Shown: positions 8,247-17,200, counted from the first letter of the stretch. The stretch is 32,000 nucleotides of DNA from Acaryochloris marina MBIC11017 (GCF_000018105.1 NC_009925.1:3090001-3122000); one strand, 5' to 3'. Numbers and translations are program-made. The notes: generated from the sequence alone by a model not told the origin.

Positions 8247-9086
8247 ATGCCTCTTGCCAGCGAAATCACTCGAATTATCGACCTGTTTCAGTTTCCGTTT
8301 ATGCAGCGGGCAGTGATCAGCGGCATCCTGACTGGACTAGCAGGCGGGATGCTCGGCAGCTTCACGATTCTGCGACAACTCTCGTTTTTTAGCGATGCGT
8401 TGGGGCACTCTACCCTGCTGGGTCTTAGTTTCGGGATACTGTTGGGCTGGAATCCCACAGCAATTGTCCTCCCTTTTGCGGTCTTATTTGCCTTGGGCGT
8501 GACCTATCTGCTGGAACGAACGCGGCTATGGACCGATGCGCTACTGAATATTGTCTACTCCTCTTCCTTGGCCCTCGCGGTTATTGTTCTTAGCTTTACT
8601 GGAACCTACAAAGGAGGGATTCATCAACTGTTATTTGGCGATATTTTAGCGGTGCACACGACTGATTTGTTTATTTGTGGGGCTTTGCTGCTGGTCTGCG
8701 CGCTGTATATGGGGCTGACATTTCGGACGCAGATGCTGATTACCCTGAATGAACCTCTTGCAGTTGCACGCGGTGTATCCGTCTCATTCCATCGAACCAC
8801 TTTTATTGTGCTTCTGGCATTGGTCGTGGGGATTTCAATCAAAGCCGTCGGAGTACTCTTGATTAGCGCCTTTATCGTAATTCCAGCCTGTGCATCGCGA
8901 TTACTTTGTCGCCAATTCAAACATCATATTGTTCTCTCGGCCAGCTTAGGAGCATTCAGTGCAGTAGTGGGGATGCTGTTGTCAGCGGGACTAAACTTAC
9001 CCTCCGGTCCAAGCATCGTAATCGCTCAACTGGGGATTTTTATGGGGGCGATGATTTACCCTCAATTTTATAAAGCCGTGGCTTAG
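8247..9086 (+). CDS. znuB: Zinc ABC transporter permease (ABC-3 family).
   Basis: A 279-aa polytopic membrane protein directly after znuC. The N-terminus FPFMQRA...GILTG...G..GSF..LR is typical of ZnuB/MntB permeases. Confidence 0.88.
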   Translation: MPLASEITRIIDLFQFPFMQRAVISGILTGLAGGMLGSFTILRQLSFFSDALGHSTLLGLSFGILLGWNPTAIVLPFAVLFALGVTYLLERTRLWTDALLNIVYSSSLALAVIVLSFTGTYKGGIHQLLFGDILAVHTTDLFICGALLLVCALYMGLTFRTQMLITLNEPLAVARGVSVSFHRTTFIVLLALVVGISIKAVGVLLISAFIVIPACASRLLCRQFKHHIVLSASLGAFSAVVGMLLSAGLNLPSGPSIVIAQLGIFMGAMIYPQFYKAVA

Positions 9087-9218
9087 TGCGGTTCAGCTTC
9101 CCCACTGGCCCAAATTAGATGACTCTTATCAAAAGTGATTCTCGTACCAGCGCTATCCACCCCGCAGCCGATTCTACCGAGGTCATGTTCATTTCATTTG
9201 ATTTTCAGCTACCCATTA

Positions 9219-10199
9219 TCACCCTAGTGTCGCCGATGCTGGGTTTAGACTGTGGTCGATATCCAAACAAGGCTCACCATGACAGGGATTGACCTCAATA
9301 AGCACATGCGAGAGAGATGGAATCTGACTGAGGAGGCTCTTGTAATACTCTGGCGCTTGCGGATAGTGGGTGACTAGCGAAACCGTTGCAGACAGATGCT
9401 TTTGGCTGACACGCCAAACATGCAGATCGACCACACGATTATCCGCATCGTCTTCAATGGCGTTTAAAATATCCTGCTTGATGTGCTTATCAATGCCGCC
9501 ATCCAGCAAGATTGAACCCGTTTCACTCACCAAGTCGGAGGCCCATTTAGTGATAACTCCGGCCCCCACGATTCCCATGGCGGCATCCAGCCAGATCCAA
9601 CCTAGAAACTTCCCAGCAAATAAAGCAATGATGGCCAAAACAGAGGTGAGGGCATCCGCTAAAACGTGGACATAGGCAGCCCGCAGATTGTGATCCGCAT
9701 GATGGTGGTGACCATGACTGCCATGATGATCGTGGCTATGGCCGTGATCATCATGGAGTAACCAGGCACTCACTAAATTAACCACTAATCCAAGAATGGC
9801 CACGCCAATCGCTTCGTTAAACTGAATCGTCTGGGGCTGGAAAAATCGACCGACGGATTCAAATGCCATGACAAACGCGACGACCGCAAGCGCAACAGCA
9901 CTAGCAAACCCACCCAGTACACTGACTTTGCCCGTACCGAAGGTATATCTAGCATCAGTAGCATGTTGGCGAGCATAGCGATACGCAAACACTGTGATAC
10001 CAAACGCTGCTACATGAGTGGCCATATGCCAGCCATCCGCCAACAGGGCCATCGAACCCAAAATAGTACCTGCTGCAACCTCAGCAATCATCGTGGCTGC
10101 GGTGATCAGCATCACGATCTTGGTATTTTTCTCCGCTTGATTCTGATTAACCGAGAAGTCGTGAGAATGTTGCCACTGATCAAGGGTTTGAATATGCAT
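9219..10199 (-). CDS. Cation diffusion facilitator efflux transporter (DmeF/CzcD-like) with a His-rich loop.
   Basis: The block HSHDF...NTKIVMLITAATMIAEVAAGTILGSMALLADGWHMATHVAA...FGTGKVSVLGGF matches CDF TM1-TM3 blocks. The cytoplasmic loop is HDDHGHSHDHHGSHGHHHHADH. I prefer the ATG at 10199 over the upstream TTG at 10235. Confidence 0.85.
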   Translation of the reverse strand: MHIQTLDQWQHSHDFSVNQNQAEKNTKIVMLITAATMIAEVAAGTILGSMALLADGWHMATHVAAFGITVFAYRYARQHATDARYTFGTGKVSVLGGFASAVALAVVAFVMAFESVGRFFQPQTIQFNEAIGVAILGLVVNLVSAWLLHDDHGHSHDHHGSHGHHHHADHNLRAAYVHVLADALTSVLAIIALFAGKFLGWIWLDAAMGIVGAGVITKWASDLVSETGSILLDGGIDKHIKQDILNAIEDDADNRVVDLHVWRVSQKHLSATVSLVTHYPQAPEYYKSLLSQIPSLSHVLIEVNPCHGEPCLDIDHSLNPASATLG

Positions 10200-11068
10200 T
10201 GAATCTCTAAATCCTTGAGTTGAAGACTTTACCAATCAGTATTCCTGAATTTTACAACCCCACTGGATGCCCCTACGAGATGGGGTGAGAGGAGAGAGTG
10301 ATACGGCGCTCAATTGCACCTCACAGAATTTAGACTGTGAGTTGAAGGTTTCTAGCAGCATCTACTCAGGAAACATCGCCAAAGTCCATCTGTACATCTC
10401 CATATTGGGTCATTCGAGCTTCAACACGATTCAACGGTTGATCATTGAGAGCATACAGAACCAGCACTCCCCGCTGACGGAATTACCAAGGGACTTTCTT
10501 GGCTGCCAGCCATACTGTTCTCCGAGCAAGTAAATGGCTGCGGTCAAACAGAGCGGTAAGCAAGGGTAGTTCTAAAGCTGAGATGGTTTCGACACAGCGA
10601 CAATAATTCTTGTCTCGCTGATTAGTCAGAACAATGATAGGAAAAGGGTAAAGAGATATTTGTAAGAAATTTGACCTCGATTTCGTGAGGCCATAGGGAT
10701 CGGCGAATGAGTAGACTACCCCATAAAACCTTCAGAAATCTATGTCTTTTAAATCACCAATATATTACTCTTAATTAAATTCTTATTTGTTACAAAATCG
10801 TACACATTTAGTAACCATTCACGATACAAAAAATCAAGATAGATATATGGCTTTCAAAAATTTATTCGAAAGCACTTGCCAAAATCGACACTTTTGTTTT
10901 CGTTATTCCTTGTTTTCTTCTTCCTAAATCAAGATTAATTCCTTTAATCCTAAATTATTTTTTTCTTAAACTCAACTTTTTTTATTCTTAAAGTTAGAAT
11001 GAAACCCTGAGTTTGGGAAAGATTTTCAAGTTGATTATCTTTTGAGATTCCAACCTGTAAATCTCATT

Positions 11069-11103
11069 GAGAATGCTTCTGCAGATTAAGCTTCAGCATT
11101 CTC
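11069..11103 (+). other. Hairpin with a 9-bp stem (GAGAATGCT ... AGCATTCTC) followed by CTTTTCT, inside the AT-rich non-coding region.
   Basis: The inverted repeat was read directly. The 17-nt loop contains the CTGCAG and AAGCTT palindromes. It could be a terminator or attenuator-like element, or part of an RNA. Confidence 0.35.
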
Positions 11104-11256
11104 CTTTTCTAAGACTTATTTTTTATGTTGATACATTAAATAATTTCACCGTACATATTGGTGTTTTGTGGGGATCATCTCAAAGTGTATGTGTCAAAAT
11201 TTTTAGTTAAGGACGTCAGCCTCTTCAATTCAAAAGAGTCTTAATAAAGCCTGCTG

Positions 11257-11280
11257 ATTCACAGTGTTTTTACTGTGAAT
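11257..11280. other. Perfect 9-bp inverted repeat ATTCACAGT-gttttt-ACTGTGAAT.
   Basis: Read directly. A third TTCACAG copy follows at about 11289-11296. It is a candidate protein-binding site or RNA hairpin about 280 nt upstream of the giant gene. Confidence 0.35.
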
Positions 11281-11554
11281 TTCCTGCTTTTCACAGCATG
11301 TATGTCAGCCAGTAGTGAGTTAAACCATTTAACTACTGAGCAATTTTTAAGGTGTTTGATAAATTTACACTTTTATTGATAAAGACTGTTGTCAAAAAAT
11401 TATTCATTTATTAACTTTCCGATGGCTACTCCTTAACCTAAATAAGAAATTATTTCACATATAAATATTCGCTGTCGGCATTTTCTTCTGGACTAGGATT
11501 TCTATGTCCAGAGCTAATACAGCAGCTAATGAATTAATTTCTGAGGTTTAGTTC

Positions 11555-14500
11555 ATGACAAGTAACGTCATTTTTATTCATCCTGATGGAGCAGACCCAT
11601 CACATTTTGCTGCTGCCCGGTTCAAATCTGTTGGCCCAGATGGTCGTCTGAACTGGGATGAAGCACCTGCAGCAGGCGTCTATCTAGGACACTTAGACGA
11701 TAGCGTGGTCGCCACATCTAATGGAGGTGCGGTCGTCCATGCTTATGGAATCAAGTCTGTTGCCCCCAGCTATGGCTTTGATGAAAACGGGATTGCATAT
11801 CAATCCCTTGCTGCTCTTCAAGGTCAGAATGTTGCGGGTTCAGCTCCAGACGCAACGGTTCTACAAGAAGCGATTGCAGCAGGTCGCCCAACGGCTGTGA
11901 TTAACTCAGGTTTCATTGCCGAACCCGGTACGGGCGTATTCCTAGCTGATGCAGAAAGTCGACGCGATCGCGAAGGTATTACTGCTCAGATTGTTGAATC
12001 CGGTGTCAACGTGATCATGGCTGCGGGTGAAATTGATTATCTTCCTGTTGGCACTGTTGGATTCTTCGGTGAAGAAGGAACCCGAACAGATGGCCGTAAC
12101 CTGATTGAGGAAGCCGAAGCTTTGGGCTATACCGTTGTGTATACCCGTGAGCAATTGGAAAGTCTGCCTGCAGACACCGAGCGCGTGTTGGGTGTTTTTG
12201 CTGCTGATGATACCTATAACGATGTTCCTGAAGGGCAGCTAATTCAAGACGGTTTTGTGGATGATAATGGTGAACTGATTACCTATGGTCAGCCACCTCT
12301 CAATCCAAATCCGCCTACTGTGGCTGAGATGCTGGAAGCAACGCTCAAGCTCGATTTATTTAGCCAAGAAGAAGACGGATTCTTTATCGTTCTTGAAGAA
12401 GAAGGAACCGATAACTTTGGCAACAACAACAATGCTCGGGGGACGATTGATGCCACCCTCAGAGCCGATGCTGCTATTGGGGTTGCAAGGGATTTTATTG
12501 ATAACGTCAACTCCAATACCTTTGTTGTCACCGCCGCAGATAGTGCGGGTGGGGCTTTAGAAATTGATGATGTTTCGGGTCCAACAGTAGGAACCACCAC
12601 GACCCAACGGCAGTTGAATGCAGCCGGAGAAAACAGTGGCATTACAGTACCTTTAGATGGCACAACGGGCAGCGACACTGCACCATTTGTGAGCGCACCG
12701 GATAGAAATGGTAACAGCTATGAATTCGGTGTTGCTTGGGCCGGTTTACCAGACTTTGCGGGGAGCATTGTTTCAAAAGCCTACGGCGAAGGGGCAGACC
12801 GTTTACCTGCAACCCTCGATAACACAACGATTTATCGACTGATCTACGAAAGTCTCTTTGATGTTCGTCTAGATGCACCAGAGGGTGTGCCCGATGATCT
12901 GGCTCCTCGTGAAGCCCCTGAACCCACTGCCGATACTGGCAATGTCATTTTTATTCACCCAGACGGGACCAGCCCTTCCCACTACGCAGCAGCACGGTTC
13001 TCATCCTTGGGGACTGATGGCCGTCTCAATTGGGACCAGATGAGCAATGCAGGGGTCTATTTAGGCCATATTGATGATCGTCTTGTTTCCACGTCTAATG
13101 CAGGAGCGGTTGTTCATGCTTACGGTGTAAAACCCTTTGCAGGTAGCTATGGGTTTGATGCACCTGTTGACGAAGGGGGCCAAGAAATCGTTGCCCTTTC
13201 CGGTCAGAATGCCACCATTGCCCAAGAGGCCCAGGCTGCTGGTAAAGCCGTCGGCATCATCAACTCTGGATTTATTGCTGAGCCAGGCACAGGCGTTTTT
13301 CTAGCTGATGTAGACAACCGGGGTGAGACAGAGGCCATTACAGCTGAAATTCTGGATCAGCGACCAGATGTGATTCTCGGGGCAGGTGAAACGGATTATT
13401 TGCCCGTTGGTACAGTCGGTTTTTTCGGGGAAGAAGGAACCCGAACTGATGGCCGCAACCTAATTGAAGAAGCCGAAGCAGCAGGGTATGAAGTTGTTTT
13501 CACCCGTGACGAACTGTTAGAAGTTGACACTGAAAATACGGATCGCTTGCTAGGTATTTTTGCAGCAGAAGACACCTATAACGACTTTTTCGAAGATGAG
13601 CTGCGTCGAGATGGTTTTGTCGACGAAAATGGCGATCTGATTCTGTATGGTCAGCCCCCTCTCAACCCCAATCCACCGACTGTGGCTGAGATGCTAGAGG
13701 TGGCACTGCCCATTCTCAACCGTGACCCAGATGGTTTCTTTTTGGCCTTGGAAGAGGAAGGAACAGACAATTTCGGTAATGATAACAATGCTGCTGGTAC
13801 TATCGAAGCTGCTCTCCGTGCCGATGAGGCTATCGGTGTTGCCCTTGATTTCGTCGACAATATTGATCCCAACACATTAGTCATCACAGCTGCAGATTCT
13901 GATGCAGGTGGCTTAGAAGTCGACGATGTCCCGATTAGTGGCTTTGGCTTAGATCCAGCCGATCCAGCTGCAGGGTTTACACTAAGAACTCAAGCTGAAT
14001 TGGCCGCTTTTGGCGATGACGCTGACGGAACGCTTGTTCAGGTTGATGATATTGACGGCAGCAATGACGTACCTGGCTTCAGTACCGATATTTTCGAAGC
14101 TTTCACCACAGGCGCTCCCGATGCCGATGGTGACGTGTTTGACTTCGGTGTTGCTTGGGCCACTCGCTCTGATGTCAATGGTGGCATCGTCTCCAAAACC
14201 TATGGTCTAAATGCTGACCTATTACCTGCCACAACAGACAATACTGATATCTATCGCGTCATGTATCAGACCCTGTTTGGTGTTGCTCCTGAAGCCGCAG
14301 GTAACAGCGAGTTAGAAGGATTTGCGTCTCTCCCCGCCGACACCTTTGCTGAGGGACCTCCTGCAGGTGGCGACAATGGTAATGGCGGCCCCATCGATGC
14401 CAACGGTCGCACGGGTCCTTTTGAGGGTCAACCCGTCCAAGGTTTTAGTGGTGTACAGTTTGCAGACAGCGATGGTAGTTTCTGGTTCTTGTCTGACAAT

Positions 14501-17200
14501 GGCTTTGGGGCTAAAACCAATAGCTCTGATTATTTACTGCGACTCTACAAAGTTGACCCCAGCTTTGCAGGTTCAGAAGGTGGTGATGGATCGGTTGAGG
14601 TCGAAGACTTTATTCAACTCTCTGATCCCAATAACCTCATCCCTTTTGAGATTCAGAATGAAGGTACGACTGAGCGTCAGCTCACCGGATCTGATTTCGA
14701 TATTGAGTCCTTTGTCATTGATGGCAATGGCGACATTTGGGTGGGTGAAGAATTTGGCCCTTACCTCCTGCACTTCAATAGCGATGGTGAGTTAATCGAA
14801 GCCCCCACTGCTACACCCAACCCAGTAGAACTGAATACCCTCAACGGCCAAGATCCCATCGTAATTGGACACCGGGGTGCCAGCGGTATTTTGCCAGAGC
14901 ACACACTAGAGGCCTATGCCACAGCCATCGCCCAAGGAGCTGACTTTATTGAGCCTGACTTGGTGATCACCAAAGATGGTGTCCTGATTGCTCGCCATGA
15001 GCCGCTGCTAGATGACACCACCAACGTCGCCGATGTTTTCGGTCCTGAGCGGATGTCGACCAAAATGTTGGATGGGGTAGAAACCACTGGCTACTTCGCC
15101 GAAGACTTCACCTTAGAAGAAATCAAAATGCTGCGAGCCGTGCAGTCTCGTGATTTTAGATCGCAGGATTTCAACGGCGCTTTCGAGATTCCCACCCTCA
15201 AAGAAGTGATTGAGCTGGTCCAGGAAGTCGAAGCCGACACTGGAACAGTGGTTGGCATTTATCCCGAAACCAAGCACCCCACCTTCTTTGATTTACAGGA
15301 TCTGTCCCTGGAAGAGCCACTTATTGCGACCTTCCAGGAAACAGGCTTTACGGATCCTAGCCGTCTATTTATCCAGTCCTTCGAGTTTCAGAACTTAATT
15401 GAACTCCAAGGCATGTTAGATGCAGAAGGTTTAGGCGATATTCCCCTAGTCCAGCTCTATGGCAATACCACTGCGAGTGCCAGTCCTGATTCTGGATTTT
15501 CTGTGCCCTACGATATTCGCTACAACGTTGAACAAGGCAACGACTTAGCAGCCATTTATGGGCAAGACTTCTTAGATGCAGCAGAAAACGCGCCGTCCGA
15601 AAACACCATTTACAGTGATTTAGACAATCCTGAAATTCTCCAAATTATTAGCGAGAAATATGCCGAAGGTGCTGGCCCTTGGAAAAATAATTTCTTACTG
15701 CGAGAAGCCCTTGATACTCCTGTAGATGGGGATGGCGACGGCAATGCTGAAATCACCACCCAACTGACCGGGGAAGTGACCTCTTTTGTGGATGATGCCC
15801 ACGCCGCTGGATTACAGGTTCATCCCTATACCCTGCGGAATGAAGAGCGGTTTCTAACCCTCAATGCCGATGGCACTCCACAAACCCCTAAGGAGGAAAT
15901 TAAGCAGCTGATTGACATTGGGGTAGATGGGTTCTTCACCGATTTTCCAGGGACCGGAGACGCAGTTCGAGATCAAATCGTGGCCGATGTGGTACGCTCA
16001 CCCGATAATCCTGATGTGTTGACAGGGGATGAGGTTTCTAACCTACCTCGCTCGCGCGGATTCGAAGGAATGGCCATCAGCCCCGATCGGATGACCCTCT
16101 ATCCCATGTTGGAGGGCACCGTCGAAGGCGATCCAGAAGGTTCCCTCAGAATTTATGAATTCGACGTAGAATCCAGCGAATATCAAGGCCTAGTCGGTCG
16201 CTATCAGCTAGATGACCCCAGCCATGCCATTGGTGATTTCACAGTCATTAACGAGAACGAATATCTGGTGATTGAGCGGGATGGTAATCAAGGAGATGAA
16301 GCTGCCTTCAAGAAAATCTTCAAGGTGGATTTGTCTCAATTGGATGACGAAGGGTTTGTGATGAAGGAAGAACTGGTTGATCTTCTGAGCATCAATGATC
16401 CGAATGATTTGAATGGAGATGGAGAGACAACTTTCAACTTTCCTTTCGTCACCATCGAAGATGTCCTGGTCATTGACGAAGATACTCTATTGGTTGCCAA
16501 TGACAACAACTATCCTTTCTCTATTGGTCGCGGACCTGACATCGATAACAACGAAATCATTCAGATCAAGCTCAACGAACCACTCGACCTGGATCCACGG
16601 GTTGGCTTAGCCGGTCTTGATGGTGGTGATAGCGATTCTGATGGTGAAGGTAATTCTGATGGTGAAGGCAGCGGCGATTCTTCCAGTGACGATAGCCAAG
16701 GCAGTCGCGGAATAGACGTCCTTTCGGGTGGTCCCACTGATGATGATCTTAGCGGTGGTCGTGGCGATGACACTATCACAGGTGGTCTCGGTGATGACAA
16801 CCTCATGGGAGGTCGGGGTAACGATCTCCTAGAAGGTGGTCAAGGTGACGACGATCTGTTTGGAGGACGGGGTCTAGATACGCTGAACGGTAACGAGGGT
16901 AGCGATATCCTAGTGGGTGGTCGAGGAGATGACCTACTGACGGGAGGCTCAGGTGAAGACCTATTCGCCCTCGCTGCAAGTGACGGCACCGACACCATCA
17001 CAGATTTCCTTATTGGCGAAGATGTCGTTGGTCTAATCGGTGGCTTGTCCTTCGAGCAATTAGAAATTGTTCAAGGAACTGGAACGCAAACCGCAGACAC
17101 TCTGATCTCCGTGGCAGAGACTGATGAACTCTTGGCTGTTTTAAGTGGAGTCCAAGCGACTACCCTCACTGACTCAGCCTTTGAAACATTCGTCGTCTAG
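11555..17200 (+). CDS. Giant secreted multi-domain phosphoesterase: 2x alkaline-phosphatase-like + phytase-like/GDPD + RTX calcium-binding repeats.
   Basis: 1881 aa with no N-terminal signal peptide.
- Two homologous AP-like modules occupy nt 11555-12870 and 12938-14290. Each has NVIFIHPDG, (A/S)TSN(G/A)GAVVHAYG, EEEGTDNFGN and TAADS.
- Phytase-like esterase motifs lie at 14308-14810 (FSGVQFADSDGSFWFLSDNGFG; DIESFVIDGNGDIWVGEEFGP) and at 16041-16600 (RGFEGMAISPD; LVANDNNYPF).
- The GDPD domain lies at 14858-15960 (VIGHRGASGILPEHTLEAY...GADFIEPDLVITKDGVLIARHE).
- A D/S/G linker is followed by GGxGxD nonapeptide repeats at 16727-16970.
- The protein ends in a short C-terminal tail. Confidence 0.9.
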   Translation: MTSNVIFIHPDGADPSHFAAARFKSVGPDGRLNWDEAPAAGVYLGHLDDSVVATSNGGAVVHAYGIKSVAPSYGFDENGIAYQSLAALQGQNVAGSAPDATVLQEAIAAGRPTAVINSGFIAEPGTGVFLADAESRRDREGITAQIVESGVNVIMAAGEIDYLPVGTVGFFGEEGTRTDGRNLIEEAEALGYTVVYTREQLESLPADTERVLGVFAADDTYNDVPEGQLIQDGFVDDNGELITYGQPPLNPNPPTVAEMLEATLKLDLFSQEEDGFFIVLEEEGTDNFGNNNNARGTIDATLRADAAIGVARDFIDNVNSNTFVVTAADSAGGALEIDDVSGPTVGTTTTQRQLNAAGENSGITVPLDGTTGSDTAPFVSAPDRNGNSYEFGVAWAGLPDFAGSIVSKAYGEGADRLPATLDNTTIYRLIYESLFDVRLDAPEGVPDDLAPREAPEPTADTGNVIFIHPDGTSPSHYAAARFSSLGTDGRLNWDQMSNAGVYLGHIDDRLVSTSNAGAVVHAYGVKPFAGSYGFDAPVDEGGQEIVALSGQNATIAQEAQAAGKAVGIINSGFIAEPGTGVFLADVDNRGETEAITAEILDQRPDVILGAGETDYLPVGTVGFFGEEGTRTDGRNLIEEAEAAGYEVVFTRDELLEVDTENTDRLLGIFAAEDTYNDFFEDELRRDGFVDENGDLILYGQPPLNPNPPTVAEMLEVALPILNRDPDGFFLALEEEGTDNFGNDNNAAGTIEAALRADEAIGVALDFVDNIDPNTLVITAADSDAGGLEVDDVPISGFGLDPADPAAGFTLRTQAELAAFGDDADGTLVQVDDIDGSNDVPGFSTDIFEAFTTGAPDADGDVFDFGVAWATRSDVNGGIVSKTYGLNADLLPATTDNTDIYRVMYQTLFGVAPEAAGNSELEGFASLPADTFAEGPPAGGDNGNGGPIDANGRTGPFEGQPVQGFSGVQFADSDGSFWFLSDNGFGAKTNSSDYLLRLYKVDPSFAGSEGGDGSVEVEDFIQLSDPNNLIPFEIQNEGTTERQLTGSDFDIESFVIDGNGDIWVGEEFGPYLLHFNSDGELIEAPTATPNPVELNTLNGQDPIVIGHRGASGILPEHTLEAYATAIAQGADFIEPDLVITKDGVLIARHEPLLDDTTNVADVFGPERMSTKMLDGVETTGYFAEDFTLEEIKMLRAVQSRDFRSQDFNGAFEIPTLKEVIELVQEVEADTGTVVGIYPETKHPTFFDLQDLSLEEPLIATFQETGFTDPSRLFIQSFEFQNLIELQGMLDAEGLGDIPLVQLYGNTTASASPDSGFSVPYDIRYNVEQGNDLAAIYGQDFLDAAENAPSENTIYSDLDNPEILQIISEKYAEGAGPWKNNFLLREALDTPVDGDGDGNAEITTQLTGEVTSFVDDAHAAGLQVHPYTLRNEERFLTLNADGTPQTPKEEIKQLIDIGVDGFFTDFPGTGDAVRDQIVADVVRSPDNPDVLTGDEVSNLPRSRGFEGMAISPDRMTLYPMLEGTVEGDPEGSLRIYEFDVESSEYQGLVGRYQLDDPSHAIGDFTVINENEYLVIERDGNQGDEAAFKKIFKVDLSQLDDEGFVMKEELVDLLSINDPNDLNGDGETTFNFPFVTIEDVLVIDEDTLLVANDNNYPFSIGRGPDIDNNEIIQIKLNEPLDLDPRVGLAGLDGGDSDSDGEGNSDGEGSGDSSSDDSQGSRGIDVLSGGPTDDDLSGGRGDDTITGGLGDDNLMGGRGNDLLEGGQGDDDLFGGRGLDTLNGNEGSDILVGGRGDDLLTGGSGEDLFALAASDGTDTITDFLIGEDVVGLIGGLSFEQLEIVQGTGTQTADTLISVAETDELLAVLSGVQATTLTDSAFETFVV

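Noticed and set aside
10267-10680. ORF 10267..10533 (plus, 88 aa) and short minus-strand open stretches. Examples are …DKNYCRCVETISALELPLLTALFDRSHLLARRTVWLAAKKVPW* and FRQRGVLVLYALNDQPLNRVEARMTQYGDVQMDFGDVS*, which might be fragments of a decayed gene or IS.
   Set aside because: I could not match any stretch to a family with confidence. The pieces are interrupted by stops in every frame, and no terminal inverted repeats were seen. They may be gene debris, but I cannot support a call. A BLASTX of 10240-10700 would settle it.
10770-10799. Possible three-unit Pho box starting with CTTAATTA at 10770.
   Set aside because: The units at +11 (TCTTATTT) and +22 do not fit PyTTAAPyPy(T/A). A single octamer match in AT-rich DNA is expected by chance, and the site is nearly 800 nt from the start codon.
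11942-16806. Numerous 60-157-aa ORFs on both strands inside the giant gene (for example 12289..12678 minus, 14322..14795 plus, 16561..16806 minus).
   Set aside because: All are nested in a 5.6-kb ORF with continuous domain similarity. They have low-complexity or repeat-derived compositions.
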